NCBI GenBank assembly: GCA_008690995.1
Contig: VRMN01000001.1
Span: 434,001 to 498,000 of the forward strand
Length of the DNA stretch: 64,000 nucleotides
Origin: Porphyridium purpureum
Lineage: Eukaryota
Direction: 5' to 3'
The notes beneath the pieces are model-generated. The model saw only the letters and a list, made by a program, of their open reading frames with translations, did not search any database and had not been told where the DNA came from. Of this stretch, positions 10,981-22,596 are shown one piece after another. The position numbers and the translations under genes are program-made. Numbering within the stretch: the first letter of the stretch is position 1; every line of letters starts with the position of its first letter.

Positions 10981-11223
10981 TTATTTTCGCTGTGCATGCT
11001 GTTGTGCCGGCAGCGGTGTCGGTTTGGGTGCCGAGGACGGCGGTGACTGCTGCTGGTCGGCAAGCGAGGCCAGCTTCACCAGATTCGACTGGAGCCGCCC
11101 TTGAATTGCGCTCGCCTCCTCGCTCCTGCCCGCGCTCTGCGCCTCAATCACGGCGAGCAGAAGTCGTTGGTTCTCATCTAGCAGCTCCTGAATATCCTCG
11201 GTGGTCACAAGCGCGCTGTCCAT
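10981..11223 (-). CDS. SSXT/SNH-domain protein (SS18/GIF-like transcriptional co-activator)
   Basis: VTTEDIQELLDENQRLLLAVIEAQSAGRSEEASAIQGRLQSNLVKLASLAD matches the SSXT N-terminal consensus. Confidence 0.88.
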   Translation of the reverse strand: MDSALVTTEDIQELLDENQRLLLAVIEAQSAGRSEEASAIQGRLQSNLVKLASLADQQQSPPSSAPKPTPLPAQQHAQRK

Positions 11224-11435
11224 GTCGCCGCCGACGACGCACGTGCGCGCCTCGCACAAGCCTTCTCAGTCGGTGTTCCCACAGAAAAATGTATCGGTTC
11301 GAACGGTTCAAATCAAACAAAACCGAATGGCGGAACGACGGCGGGCGTCATTGATGAGGACAGAGGACATTGACGACGTTGAACGGCGGCGTTTAAGTGT
11401 GCGTGGATGTTTGCGCGTGCGTCTGACGCTAAAGG

Positions 11436-13847
11436 ATGAAGCGAGCGCGATCAAAAGCAAGCCATGCTGTGACATCTGCGCCGGCGGTCGCAGATGACCG
11501 GCAGAATGAGTCAGCCATGATGAAGCGCGTGCGACATGACCCGCGTTTTGCGCACATGAAACGAGCGAACAAGACAGTACGTCTGGATGATCGTTTTCGG
11601 GAGGCATTGAGGAAGAAAATCCTCAAACCCAGGTCGGCGCAGAACGCGGTGGATAAGTTTGGGAGACCAAGAAGGAACGCAGCCGTGTCGACAGGAAAAC
11701 AGGAGCGGATGTTGCTCAAGGACATGTACCAAGACGTTGAAATATCGTCCTCGTCCGAATCTGAAAGTGACTCTGCGGTTAAAGTACCGCCAGTAAATCC
11801 TGTCCGCAAGAGCATTCGTGAAGATGGAGCCGCGAAAGAGAGACTCAAACATGCGCTGCCGGACGAGTCGGGCTCGGAAAAAAGCGGTGGTGAAAATGAC
11901 GAGGACAGCGATTTCTCACTCAGCGAGGATGAGGACCATGTTGATTCGTGGGCGGTCCAGAACACACAGAACATTCCGCTGGGTGAGGAGACACGCCGTA
12001 TTGCCCTGGTGAATATGGACTGGGAAAGGATTTCTGCGGTGGATTTACTCTCGTGCCTGAGCAGTTTCCTGACGCGGGGCGGAGAAATTTCACGCGTGAC
12101 TGTTTACCCGTCTGAGTTTGGAATGGAGCGCATGGCCCAAGAGGCAATTTCAGGCCCTCGACTGGATGTGCCAAAGCATGATCCTAGAAAATCCGGAAAG
12201 AAGAACTCCAGTGAAGCGGCTGAAAAACTTGGGTCCACGTCTGAAAAAAGAGATTCCGAAAACGAGTCTGCTTCCGATGAGATCAGTCGAAGCTCAATCG
12301 ATGCCTCTGAGTCGGAAAGCGACGGTACGGACGACGAGGAAGATGCCAGAGCCATCTCGAAAGCAAAGCAGAACGAATTGATTCGCAAGTACGAGCTGGA
12401 CAAGATGAGGTATTACTTCGCCGTGGTGGAGTTTGATTCGGCTGAGAGCGCAAACGCAGTTTACAAGGAGTGCGATGGGTTAGAGTTCGGATCGTCTGGA
12501 AATCTTTTTGACATGCGTTTCATACCGGACGACATGCATGACTTTGAGCAGCGGCCACCGCGAGATGTTGCAACCTCGGTTCCTGAAAACTATGAACCGC
12601 CGCAGTTTTCAACGACGGCTCTTTTGCATTCCAAAGTGGAGCTCAGCTGGGACAAGGAGGACGCGAGGCGCACCGTCATCTTGAAGAAGAGAAATTTTCA
12701 AGCACAGGAGCTTCTGGAAGATGACTTTAAAGCCTATTTGGCGTCTAGCGCAAGCGAAACGGATTCCGAGACGGGCCGCGCAAATGCGGAAGAGAAGCGC
12801 AAGATTTTGCTGAGCGCACTGTCAAGGCCAAGTATTCCGTCCGATGCTGAAACAGGGGAGGACCATGAGTCTGCAGTTGAAGGAGATATGGAGGCGACGT
12901 TTCACACAGGTTTAGAGGAAGCAGCAAAAGATTTGCTGGAGCGTGAGGCAAAGCGAGACGGCCTGCGCAACGAAAGCGCGTGGGAGGCTCGCCTGAGGCG
13001 CGCCCAGGAGCGCAAGGCAGACCGGCGACGGGAGCGCAAGGAAACTCTGAAAAATCTCGGGCGCGCCGGTCTTGAGGGACAAGAAGGTTCGGACGGGGAA
13101 AGTTTGAATGACGCTGAGCCGGGGCAGGGTTCTGACCCTGAGGAAGATCTCGGTTTCGACGACCCTTTCTTTACGAATCCAACTGCGCACGAAAGAAAGG
13201 CGCTGTCTGCGTTGGACAAAAAGTCGCGGTCGGTGCAAGATGAGCAGAAAGCACAGGCGGATGCAAAGTCACGCGCAGAGCTGGAGCTGTTGCTCATGAG
13301 TGAAATGGAGAATGACGCGCATCAGACCGCACTTGGAACTCTGGAAGATTCAGACGAGGAGCGCAGAGACCGCAAGAGGCTCCGCATGAGCAAGAAGAAG
13401 TATGAAAAGTACAAGCGTGAGCAGAAGCAGGCAGCCAAGGCGTCCACGGCGGTTCAGGGTGCAAATAACTTACAGGCGTTTGAGCCCGATCTGACGGACA
13501 CCCGCTTTGCGTCGCTGTTCAGTGCCCCCGACTATAGCGTCGACCCAACGCATCCAAAGTTCAAGAGCTCAGCCCTGAATGCCCGCATTCTGCACGAAAA
13601 GGTTCATCGAGGGCTCCCTCACGAAAACGATTCCGGTAGCAACGTCCCATCCGGTGCGGACGCGCGACGTGCGCCTGGAGCTGCGTCAATGCATCCCAGC
13701 TCGTCTGCTGCTGCAGGTGCTGCAGCAGGCAAAGCCGAGGAAGCAGACTGGAAGGCGCTGGCTGATAAAGTGAAGCGACAGCAGACTGATCGTCGGATGA
13801 AGCGTGATCGCGGTTCCGGGCCGAAGCACAAGAAGGGAACGCTTTGA
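11436..13847 (+). CDS. ESF1: pre-rRNA processing protein ESF1 (NUC153 domain)
   Basis: DPRF, VDKFGR, TRRIALVNMDW, VYPSEFG, YYFAVVEFD, CDGLEF, DMRFIPD; NUC153-like DTRFASLFSAPDYSVDPTHPKFK. Confidence 0.93.
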   Translation: MKRARSKASHAVTSAPAVADDRQNESAMMKRVRHDPRFAHMKRANKTVRLDDRFREALRKKILKPRSAQNAVDKFGRPRRNAAVSTGKQERMLLKDMYQDVEISSSSESESDSAVKVPPVNPVRKSIREDGAAKERLKHALPDESGSEKSGGENDEDSDFSLSEDEDHVDSWAVQNTQNIPLGEETRRIALVNMDWERISAVDLLSCLSSFLTRGGEISRVTVYPSEFGMERMAQEAISGPRLDVPKHDPRKSGKKNSSEAAEKLGSTSEKRDSENESASDEISRSSIDASESESDGTDDEEDARAISKAKQNELIRKYELDKMRYYFAVVEFDSAESANAVYKECDGLEFGSSGNLFDMRFIPDDMHDFEQRPPRDVATSVPENYEPPQFSTTALLHSKVELSWDKEDARRTVILKKRNFQAQELLEDDFKAYLASSASETDSETGRANAEEKRKILLSALSRPSIPSDAETGEDHESAVEGDMEATFHTGLEEAAKDLLEREAKRDGLRNESAWEARLRRAQERKADRRRERKETLKNLGRAGLEGQEGSDGESLNDAEPGQGSDPEEDLGFDDPFFTNPTAHERKALSALDKKSRSVQDEQKAQADAKSRAELELLLMSEMENDAHQTALGTLEDSDEERRDRKRLRMSKKKYEKYKREQKQAAKASTAVQGANNLQAFEPDLTDTRFASLFSAPDYSVDPTHPKFKSSALNARILHEKVHRGLPHENDSGSNVPSGADARRAPGAASMHPSSSAAAGAAAGKAEEADWKALADKVKRQQTDRRMKRDRGSGPKHKKGTL

Positions 13848-14071
13848 TGCGAGCAGAGCGCCTGCTTGAATACGGTTAGGGTAATTCAATTCAAACCCTA
13901 ATTCATTTTCATATAAATCCGCTATGTTTTATGATTTTGTTACAGCGTGCTGGCAGGAACGACTCGCAGTGCGAAAGGTAGTGGATCTCGAGTTGGAGCG
14001 TGAAGGTGTTTGAGTGTGACGTGGGAGTCTTCGGAGTCAGGCTCGTCGTCGTCGTTCTGGTCGTCGTCATC

Positions 14072-15079
14072 ATGCCGCTGGAAGCGTTGATGGTATGTGT
14101 GGACAACTCGGAGTACATGCGGAACGGGGATTACCCGCCGTCGCGGCTGGACGCGCAAACAGACGCGGTGAACCTGGTGTGCTCGGCAAAGATCGAGCAG
14201 AACCCGGAAAATGTGGTCGGGTTGCTGACGACGGCGGGGCGCGGGGCGCGCATTCTCGAAACATCCACGCAGGATCTTGGGAGAATATTGCAATCCATGC
14301 ACGAGGTGAAGATGGAGGGCTCCATGAACCTGATCATGGCGTTGCAGAAGGCGCAGCTCGCCCTCAAGCACCGCGAAAACCAGTACCAGCGGCCCCGTAT
14401 CGTCGCGTTCGTGGGGAGCCCGATAGATGCATCAGAGGAGGCGCTTGTTACGCTCGCAAAGAAGCTCAAGAAAAATGGCGTCGCAGTGGATATCGTGAGC
14501 TTTGGTGAGCTCGAGCAGAACGCGTCAAAGCTTGAGGCATTTATTGCTGCCGTGAATTCTGGTGACAACTCGCACCTCGTGTCGATCCCTCCTGGCTCGT
14601 ACATCATGAGTGACATACTCATCACGAGCCCCATCATTGTGGACGGTGCTGTAGATGGCGGCGCTGGTGGAAGCTCGGACGCTGGTGGCGCCGCCGCGCG
14701 CGCCGACTTTCCGTTTGGCGTGGATCCAGCTGCAGACCCAGAGCTCGCAATGGCGCTCCGAATCTCCATGGAGGAGGAGCAAGCGCGCATCGCCGCGGCG
14801 CAGCAACAGGCGGCGTCCGGAGCCGCTCCTGACGCCGGGGCATCTGCGGATAGCGGCCCGGACGCGAGCGTCAGTGATGCCGCAAAGGTTGCATTAGCCG
14901 CGGCAGACGCTGCCGATGCTGCGGATGCAGATCTTTATGGAGAGACGGGAGCAGACTCCGGCACCGCCGACATGGATGTGGTGGGTGCGGACGAGGACGA
15001 AGAAATGCGCCTGGCCATCGAGATGAGTCTCGCGGAGGAGAAAGCCCGCAAGGACGCAGAGCAAGGTAAACCGGAATAG
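14072..15079 (+). CDS. RPN10: 26S proteasome regulatory subunit RPN10/PSMD4
   Basis: MPLEALMVCVDNSEYMRNGDYPPSRL vWA start; FGVDP..DPELAMALRISMEE and EEMRLAIEMSL UIMs. Confidence 0.97.
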   Translation: MPLEALMVCVDNSEYMRNGDYPPSRLDAQTDAVNLVCSAKIEQNPENVVGLLTTAGRGARILETSTQDLGRILQSMHEVKMEGSMNLIMALQKAQLALKHRENQYQRPRIVAFVGSPIDASEEALVTLAKKLKKNGVAVDIVSFGELEQNASKLEAFIAAVNSGDNSHLVSIPPGSYIMSDILITSPIIVDGAVDGGAGGSSDAGGAAARADFPFGVDPAADPELAMALRISMEEEQARIAAAQQQAASGAAPDAGASADSGPDASVSDAAKVALAAADAADAADADLYGETGADSGTADMDVVGADEDEEMRLAIEMSLAEEKARKDAEQGKPE

Positions 15080-15138
15080 CCATCGATAAACACGGTGTAG
15101 ACTCGTCTAAGACTGGAGCGACCAAGGTCATTATACCC

Positions 15139-17232
15139 CTACAACTTGCTCTCCATTGTGGCCACCTGCTTGGGGTTCCAAGCAGCAGACGGATTCTCGC
15201 CCTTAAAGTCGCCTGCATTGTACGCAACGTAGTCTGCAGCGATGGGAGCAGTGAGTTCCACAGGGATCCCGAATGCGTCCACCAGGTGTGGCAACTGCCC
15301 GCCAAGCTCCGCAACCAGTCGCTTTGTCTCCTCGAGCACAAAGCTGACCGCAGGCTGCGACAACACCTTTGAGCTGACAAACCAAGCCGCGTCGCGCGAC
15401 ACACAATCAAAAAAGTAGAGGGAGCGCAGAAGTGCCAAGATCTGACCGACCGACGAATTGGATGCAAGATTCTTGGCTTCGGCCTCAAGCGCCTTTTCGA
15501 ACGAAAGGCGTTCGGCAAACGCCAGAGCGACCGCCTGCACCTCGTCACTGAGGCGCAACATCCACGGCTCAAACACCTTTTCGGCTTGTGTGGTCGCCTT
15601 CGCGGCAAGAGCTGCGCTTTTTTCCGTGAGTTGCTGCATACAGATTTGCTCGCGCGCGGCCAGGATGGCCTGCTGAATGGGCGCTTGGGCTAGCACGCGC
15701 GCATTTGTCTGAGCCATGCGCGTCTTGTCGGCCCACTGGTCGCACGGCGTGAGCGCAAAGCGCTTCTGCGAGTGCATGACAAGAAGTTCCTTGGTCACCT
15801 TTTGCATAAGCACGCGATTATCTCCTTCTGCGGTAAGTCCCGCGTGGCAAAAGCCAATCATTGAGCCAAAGCGATTGACACTCAAGTACCCTTGCCCACC
15901 GCAGCGCTCGCGGCACACACGCACGACATTTTCCGCCGTCCATGTGACCAGCGGCTTGATGGCACAGCACAGCACCACGGCTTCGCGCCACTCGTCCGGA
16001 TGTGCAGCGGCGTGGGGCAGGAGCTCTGCCCAACGCTCCTTAGCGTACTGAAGTCCTATCCCTGTGACGATGACGCGTGCAAGCAACGGCGCAAGCGCGC
16101 CTTGCTGGAGCTGGTACTGCAAAATTGGCATCTCCGACTTGCCCGTTGGACCGACACACAACCGAGTCGCAGCGTACCGGACGGCAATCACAAGTGCCAG
16201 TTTTGACGTGCCGTGCATCATGGACGCAATGCACAGTCGCCCAGAAAGCAGCTGGTCTGCAACACGAAGAAAGCGGTCTCGCGCGTGCGCAATATCAGAG
16301 TGGAACACGCCCTGCTCGTCCATTTGCGAATAGCGGCAGAGAAGCGACGACTCTGGAACGCGCACGTCAAACAGCAGCGCGCCATTATCTACGCCATTGC
16401 ATCCCATCTTGCTTCCCATATCCTTGATCACGACGCCGCGCATGGGCTGCATGTGCTCGTCCCGAATGCGCACCAGAAAGGCATGGATGCCCTGGCGCTT
16501 TCCGTCCGCATCAATCAGCTGCGCAAAGACGCAGCAAAACTGTGCATGAATCGCCGAGTTGGTGATCCAGTACTTCTGCGCAAGCGTGGATGGCGTCAAA
16601 ATGTGGAACGATTTGGAATTGGCGCAGTAAGTGGCGGTGGTCTCCATTTCGACTGCATTGTTACCGTAGCCGAGCTCGGTCAACCCAAAGCACCCAACTG
16701 CCCGAAGCGTATCAATGTCATCAAGAAATTTCTCGTCGTAGTTCTTGCCTTTGCCCTGACCCAAGCGGAGCACGGTTCCTCCGAACAAATTGAATTGGAC
16801 GGTCATCTTTGTCGCCATAGAGCCATCGGAGTATCCAGCAATCTCATGCGCTGCAAAAATTCGCAACGGATTGCGCTCGAAATCTCGCACGGAAATAAAC
16901 CGCCCTCCGCGGGCATTTGAGTTGGCGCGGTTGCCGTCCTTGTAGTTGCAAATCGCGTCAAGCCGCTTCAGCGCCAGCTCGCGCTCCTGGGCGATCGAGA
17001 TATCGTACTGCGGCTGGAATCGCGGGTCGCGGCGCATAAACTCGCGCAGCTCGCGTCTCATCTCATGATTATCACCATCCAGCAGAAACTGCATTGCGCG
17101 CTGGTCGAACGTGAGCGGGAACCGCTTTGCCCATTCCTCGCGGGCCGAGTGCGGACTCGCACGAAGCGCCGCAGCTGGCTCATGCTGCGCCAAGTGCAGC
17201 CTGACCTGCACCACCGTTGCGTCGGAGTCCAT
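15139..17232 (-). CDS. peroxisomal acyl-CoA oxidase
   Basis: [53 protein letters not shown]-terminal PTS1 SKL. Confidence 0.95.
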   Translation of the reverse strand: MDSDATVVQVRLHLAQHEPAAALRASPHSAREEWAKRFPLTFDQRAMQFLLDGDNHEMRRELREFMRRDPRFQPQYDISIAQERELALKRLDAICNYKDGNRANSNARGGRFISVRDFERNPLRIFAAHEIAGYSDGSMATKMTVQFNLFGGTVLRLGQGKGKNYDEKFLDDIDTLRAVGCFGLTELGYGNNAVEMETTATYCANSKSFHILTPSTLAQKYWITNSAIHAQFCCVFAQLIDADGKRQGIHAFLVRIRDEHMQPMRGVVIKDMGSKMGCNGVDNGALLFDVRVPESSLLCRYSQMDEQGVFHSDIAHARDRFLRVADQLLSGRLCIASMMHGTSKLALVIAVRYAATRLCVGPTGKSEMPILQYQLQQGALAPLLARVIVTGIGLQYAKERWAELLPHAAAHPDEWREAVVLCCAIKPLVTWTAENVVRVCRERCGGQGYLSVNRFGSMIGFCHAGLTAEGDNRVLMQKVTKELLVMHSQKRFALTPCDQWADKTRMAQTNARVLAQAPIQQAILAAREQICMQQLTEKSAALAAKATTQAEKVFEPWMLRLSDEVQAVALAFAERLSFEKALEAEAKNLASNSSVGQILALLRSLYFFDCVSRDAAWFVSSKVLSQPAVSFVLEETKRLVAELGGQLPHLVDAFGIPVELTAPIAADYVAYNAGDFKGENPSAAWNPKQVATMESKL

Positions 17233-17874
17233 GCTCACCGCAAATGCACCGCGCCACTTGCCCAACTCCCTGTACAACCCCACTCCCCACAGACACCCTT
17301 CCCTCTTTCAACAGCCCGCGCGCGCCGTCACGGTCTGTCAGCGCGTCAATCAGCCAACCTTCAACTATCACCTTTCTCTCTTCGTCCCCCTTCTTTCTCT
17401 CTCTCTCTCTCTCTTGCAACACCGGGGCTGAGCCGCGTCCTAAAAATCTGGGTGTCACTGTACACAGGTACACCACATGGCTTCCAGCCACCACCACATG
17501 ACTGAACCCTCTGTTCCGAGAAGGCGACGACAACACACTGGGTGGGCTGCGTCATGGCAATCAGCCAAGAGACACCGCGGATCGCGTCGGAGGCCAGTAC
17601 AAGGTCCGCACGCGACAAATGCGGTGATGTCGTTGCTGGCTGCCTGCGCGCCGAGTCTGCCACGTTGGTCGCGCGCTGGCGTGCGGTGTCTGCTGGTGCC
17701 GTGGTTGGATGATTCGCGTTTTGAGGTACCAGGTTCTGACAACGGCCAGTCAGCCGCGTCGCGCTGTTCGTTTCTTTTGCCCTTTGGGAAGTGTCCTGTG
17801 ATGCTAGAGTGCACGGGTTGGTGAGCTGGTGTGTGCTTGTGATGGTCGAAGCTAGTGAGTGTGTGAAAGCGATG

Positions 17875-18744
17875 TTAGTTGGTTTGTCGGCTGCCAATGG
17901 CGTCTACGAATGGTGCCATTTCGCGCGGCGAGCCCTGCCGCGTGATCTGGCCCTCGTGCATGATGATGATGCGATCGGCGTACGAGAGCTCGGACTTGAG
18001 GTGCGTCACCCACAGGACTGGTACACGGGACTCGCGCGCCCAATTGCAGATGGCGGTCACCACATTCACGCGGTTCCGACGGTCCATGGCGGCGGTGGGC
18101 TCGTCCATGAGAAAGGCGTCTGGCTTGAACACGAGCGCGCCCGCCAACGCCACGCGCTGCCGCTCGCCACCACTGAGCTTCTCCACCTCACGCCCTTCAA
18201 ACGCCTCGAGCTTGACCGTCGCCAAACTCGCCTTGATGCGCGCGTCGATTTCGGCCGGGTCGGTCACCTCGGACGACGCGCAAAACTCGAGATCGCGCCG
18301 GACGGTGTGCATCATGATGGTCTCGCCCATATTCTGCAGAAACAGATACGTGCGTTCCGGCGCCACTACCGTGCCAGAGTCCGCAAAAAGCACGCCGCCA
18401 AGAATCTGTAGCAGCGTGGACTTGCCGCATCCGTTCGCGCCCAAGAGCATGACCACCTCACCCGGCAACACCTCGAACGTGAGCTGCTTGAGGACGGGCC
18501 GCGGTGCTTTCCACGGACGCAGGTCATCGCGCCACGCAAAGCTCAGGTTCTGCACCGCAATCCTTCCCGTACCATCATCGACGGGCAACATCGCCGTGCG
18601 CGGCGCGTTCTCCGCGTTCCGCGCCAAACCCTGCGGCGTCCGACGCACACATATTCTCTCACGACCATCCCGGTGCGCAAACGCCCGCACACATCCCACA
18701 CCAGGCGGCAACCCTATCCATGCTGCGCCATCCCACATCGCCAT
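17875..18744 (-). CDS. stand-alone ABC ATPase, ECF/CbiO (ABCI-like) type, probable organellar transit peptide
   Basis: Walker A GANGCGKST, signature LSGGERQR, Walker B FLMDEPT, H-loop VTH. Confidence 0.9.
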   Translation of the reverse strand: MAMWDGAAWIGLPPGVGCVRAFAHRDGRERICVRRTPQGLARNAENAPRTAMLPVDDGTGRIAVQNLSFAWRDDLRPWKAPRPVLKQLTFEVLPGEVVMLLGANGCGKSTLLQILGGVLFADSGTVVAPERTYLFLQNMGETIMMHTVRRDLEFCASSEVTDPAEIDARIKASLATVKLEAFEGREVEKLSGGERQRVALAGALVFKPDAFLMDEPTAAMDRRNRVNVVTAICNWARESRVPVLWVTHLKSELSYADRIIIMHEGQITRQGSPREMAPFVDAIGSRQTN

Positions 18745-18885
18745 CACCCCCTCCCCTCTTCCTGTTCATCTCTCTCCTCCTTCGCCATCTTTCCCACGTT
18801 CCCAATCCGGCGCTACTCATCATTCCCTTCACTGTACATCATCACTGTACTCCTCTCATTTTTTCGCCACGCCCACATACAAATC

Positions 18886-18929
18886 AGTGTACCTCTAGTG
18901 TACCTCTAGTGTATCTCTAGTGTACCCCT
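18886..18929. repeat. 4 x 11-bp tandem repeat AGTGTACCTCT
   Basis: agtgtacctct agtgtacctct agtgtatctct agtgtacccct, upstream of the ABC gene. Confidence 0.85.
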
Positions 18930-19491
18930 TCTTCTCCTTCTTTTGCGTTTGCGACTCGTTTCGCATTTCCAGTTCTCAAACGCACGCGAAACCGTTTAGC
19001 GACGCGGCGCAAGCAAGTCTCTATCGAAACGCGCCGAAAATATGATACGCTTTGTGTGTGAGTGTGTGATCTTAATGACTCGCGGACAGAGTGCGTTGGT
19101 GACTTGGACGTGAGCGCCTAGGAAGCAACGGAGCGCGCTCAACGCGGCGAGCCAAAACGGACACCCCACGCGTGCTGCTGGTATGCAAACGCGCGGCGTT
19201 TGTATGCCTTTTCGCGGTGGCTGGGTCAACCGCGGGGAGGAGGAGGAGGAGCGGGGAAAGCAGCCGAGCCAGTGGCTCGAATTCACGCGGCTTTTTGGTT
19301 TCCGTGGGTTTTTGTTTTTGTGCTGACAACGTGGAGCGCAACCCTAAACGCCACAGCGCCGTTCTATTCATAAGGCGGAAAGTATAAGAGGCACAGAATC
19401 GAGCGGAATGAACACGGAGTTTGTGCGGACGGAGGCACGTGAGGGAGGAGAGTGAGGGGAGAGGGAGGGAAAGAGGGAGATTGTGGATGGA

Positions 19492-20664
19492 ATGGGTGCG
19501 GATGTGCAAGTGCAGCGTCATGCGGGCGGCGTCAAGTATGTGGAGATGAGGGGCTTGCTGGATTGGGCCGCGGGCGGTGACGGCGCGCAGGACTTGTCGT
19601 GCGCCATGGAGGCGCGCGCGGAGGGCGACGCGGCGTTTTTGGGCGGCAGCGGGAGGAAGGTGGCGGCCGCGGCGGGAGGCGCGGCGCCGGGGATGAAGGC
19701 GGGTTTGACGCCAGAGGCGGAGACCATGGCCGATGTGCAACAGATTGAGTTTGGCTCGGACTTGATGCTCAATACGGGCGTGGCAAACGGGGCGGCGGTG
19801 AACGCGAGCGCTGCAGAGGCGCGCCGAGCGCAAGAGCTGGTGCCTATCGTGGTGAACCAGGCCGCGCCGTTGGACCCAGAGACGCCGCGGCAGAGACGGC
19901 ACTGGTTCAGCGAAATGAGGAGCGCGCTGTTCGCAAACCGATTGCTCGTCCTTGTGGCAACGCTGCTGCTGGTCGAGCCGCTGGTCGTCGTGGTCATGTT
20001 TAAATCATTGTCGGTTGAGCAGCTCCAGCACGGCGTGGCATGGCTCACTTCGCTGCACCCGCTTTACGGCATGGGGCTCTACTTGGTTGCGTTTGCTGTG
20101 CTCGTCGTGTTGGGCACACCATCGTCGCCCCTGACTATTGCGTCAGGTTTTTTGTTTGGAACGATTCACGGCCTGATTGTGGCCATGCTGGGCTCGGCGG
20201 CGGCAGCCTCAGCGAGCTTTTTGGGCAGTCGGTACTTTGGCTCGCACGACGCGATTCGCGCTTGGGTTGAGCGCTCTTTTTCTCCGCAGCGCGTCCGCGC
20301 GTTCGACTTGTCAATCTACCGTGACGCGTTTCGCTTTGTCTTCTTTGTGCGCCTCTCTCCGGCGTTTCCATTTGGACTCAGCAACTATATGTTTGCCGTC
20401 ACGTCCGTTCCGTACATGACTTTCTTGTTCGCGTCGATGCTCGGCATCCTGCCCGGCACGATCATCCTGGCCGTGACTGGCTCGCTCGCGGACGATGTAT
20501 TTTTTTCGGACTCGGCGGCAGCGACAAACCCGTTTTGGTCGGGCGTGCGCACTGTGTTAATTGTGGTCGGTCTGCTGAGCTCGGTTTTGGTGATCTCGAT
20601 CATCTCTCAGGCTACCGAGAAAGATGTGGAGGAGAGTCTCGACGAACTAGAAGAGCCGGCTTAG
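19492..20664 (+). CDS. TVP38/TMEM64 (DedA/VTT, SNARE-associated) membrane protein
   Basis: LTIASGFLFG, FVRLSPAFPFGLSNY, ASMLGILPG; multiple TM helices. Confidence 0.9.
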   Translation: MGADVQVQRHAGGVKYVEMRGLLDWAAGGDGAQDLSCAMEARAEGDAAFLGGSGRKVAAAAGGAAPGMKAGLTPEAETMADVQQIEFGSDLMLNTGVANGAAVNASAAEARRAQELVPIVVNQAAPLDPETPRQRRHWFSEMRSALFANRLLVLVATLLLVEPLVVVVMFKSLSVEQLQHGVAWLTSLHPLYGMGLYLVAFAVLVVLGTPSSPLTIASGFLFGTIHGLIVAMLGSAAAASASFLGSRYFGSHDAIRAWVERSFSPQRVRAFDLSIYRDAFRFVFFVRLSPAFPFGLSNYMFAVTSVPYMTFLFASMLGILPGTIILAVTGSLADDVFFSDSAAATNPFWSGVRTVLIVVGLLSSVLVISIISQATEKDVEESLDELEEPA

Positions 20665-20929
20665 CGGACGCCGTTGATAGCTGCGACGGGATTGCAGGCA
20701 TAACTAACTGATCTGAGGCAAAGAAAGTGTCTGAAGAAAGAGCTAGCGTACCCTCAATAAATATAATTAACTTTCAGTGCCTCGAGTTTCCACGTAGAGT
20801 TTCGGAACGGCTGACGCAACCGGCAACGAGATCGCAAATCCAGCTGATGCAGCGCGGCTGCGGGTCGGATGAGGCTTGGGGAGGAAGCACGAAACAAGAG
20901 GTCGCCTTTTGAAAACTGGACCGCCGGAA

Positions 20930-21664
20930 ATGGAGCAGAGGTCGTATGCTGTCGCGGGGCTGCCACCGCCCGTCGAACTGGACGTGCATGAAGTCCGTGT
21001 GGGGAATGTATTCGACGAGGCGTCGGCGGAGGTGTATGGTCAAAAGTGGACCATCAACCTTGCGGTTATCATGGTGTGTGCGTGCTCCTTGGCGCTGCAG
21101 ATGCCGTTCGGCATCCTGCTGAACCTGGGCCTGCCTCACACGCTGGTCGGATTGCTTGTTGCAGTGCAGAATCTGGTGGGGGTATGGTTCTCGACAACGA
21201 CTGCGGCGGGCCTCGTGATGATGGCCATTTTTTGCGCCGTCAATCGGCGCATCGAAACAACGATGGCTTTTCGATACGTGTGGGATGGTGAGCGGACCAT
21301 GGCGCTCGTGGTTCTCGGCCTCATCCAAGGAGCGCTTGTAACCGTGGGCTTGGTTTTACTGGTGATACCAGGGATTTATTTGTCCGTGGCATACAGCTTT
21401 GCGGTGCCGCTCATGGTCGAAAAGAATTTGGGCGTGTGGGAAAGTCTCGAAACTTCCCGCAAAAAGGTCACCTCGCAGGTCTGGGGCGTGCTACTTGTGT
21501 ACATTCTGTTTGCGGTATTGTTTGTGCTATCGATCTTCACGCTGGGTATTGCGCTAATTTGGGTGGTGCCAGTTTCGCTGGTGGCGCAAGGCGTCATGTA
21601 CCGAACTTTGTTTGGTGTTGGTGCCGACAACCAAGACCCAGAGGCAATGCCGGCATTTGCATAA
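20930..21664 (+). CDS. integral membrane protein of unknown function
   Basis: ~6 TM segments; GLVLLVIPGIYLSVAYSFAVPLMVEKNLGVWESLETSRK pattern of a widespread, mostly bacterial, uncharacterised membrane family. Confidence 0.75.
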   Translation: MEQRSYAVAGLPPPVELDVHEVRVGNVFDEASAEVYGQKWTINLAVIMVCACSLALQMPFGILLNLGLPHTLVGLLVAVQNLVGVWFSTTTAAGLVMMAIFCAVNRRIETTMAFRYVWDGERTMALVVLGLIQGALVTVGLVLLVIPGIYLSVAYSFAVPLMVEKNLGVWESLETSRKKVTSQVWGVLLVYILFAVLFVLSIFTLGIALIWVVPVSLVAQGVMYRTLFGVGADNQDPEAMPAFA

Positions 21665-21780
21665 GCGACGAAATATAAGCAGGCATTGTTTACAAGAAAA
21701 TGAGCAAAAAGAAAATTAGAATGGAGGGCCTGGCGCCGTAATTATTCGTACGGACACCGCCAAGATTCTGGGCGCTCCCT

Positions 21781-22596
21781 TCACAGGTTGTTAGACATTT
21801 CAGCACGCAGCTCGACACGTACCTCGCTCACTATGTGCTCCATGTCCTGCCGTGTCATCACGTACGAATCTCCCTTGCTTGCTCCAAAGCGAACCATGCG
21901 CTCTTTAACCTTGTCGGCAAATGATCGCCACCGGTCTGCCAGTACACTCTGCTGGGACAGTGGCAGCTTTGCAAACTCGTCCATTCCCGCTTCAACGCTG
22001 TTGATGCCCCACCTCGCGTCAATTGCATCCTGAAGGTCACAAACTTCGGCACAGCTTACGGAAGGCTTCTCCGCAATGCGAACCATCAGCTCGTCGTGCG
22101 GATTATCGAATTCGTCCTCTTCGAGCGCAAATGTCAGCTCGGTCTTACTGCTGCAGTCCCATAACAACGTCTCTGACAGAAACACGCACTTGCTTTCCTC
22201 TGGCTCATACTCTTCGTGCTTGTCATACAGTACCACACACACAGGCTTTCCCAGCTCCTGCTCGTCTGTGACTCGCAGCAGCTCGCAGCCCCACCAAACA
22301 CATTCCCGCTGTTCCGCTTGCACACGCTCATCCCGCCCCACCTTCTCCTCCCGCGCGTCTTCTTCACCGCCTCCCGTGCTCACCTCTGACGTCCCTTCAA
22401 GATCCCGCACCAAATCCCAAGCCACCACCAGTCGCGTTCCCACGCACAAGCTCAGACCTCCGACCTCCAGCACGTCGCCTTCCTCCTCTCCCGTACCCTG
22501 CTGACACACATCTGGCCCGTTCTGCACTTCAAGCGCGACCGCAGACACAGACGCGTCGTCCACTCGCCGCTTCTTCTCCACTGGCTCATCCATCAT
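21781..22596 (-). CDS. hypothetical protein
   Basis: Long ORF with protein-like composition (KKRR NLS-like, WWGCEL); GA-repeat leader upstream; start uncertain. Confidence 0.65.
   Translation of the reverse strand: MMDEPVEKKRRVDDASVSAVALEVQNGPDVCQQGTGEEEGDVLEVGGLSLCVGTRLVVAWDLVRDLEGTSEVSTGGGEEDAREEKVGRDERVQAEQRECVWWGCELLRVTDEQELGKPVCVVLYDKHEEYEPEESKCVFLSETLLWDCSSKTELTFALEEDEFDNPHDELMVRIAEKPSVSCAEVCDLQDAIDARWGINSVEAGMDEFAKLPLSQQSVLADRWRSFADKVKERMVRFGASKGDSYVMTRQDMEHIVSEVRVELRAEMSNNL

Noticed and set aside
17879..18898. 339-aa plus-strand ORF
   Set aside because: Antisense shadow of the ABC ATPase
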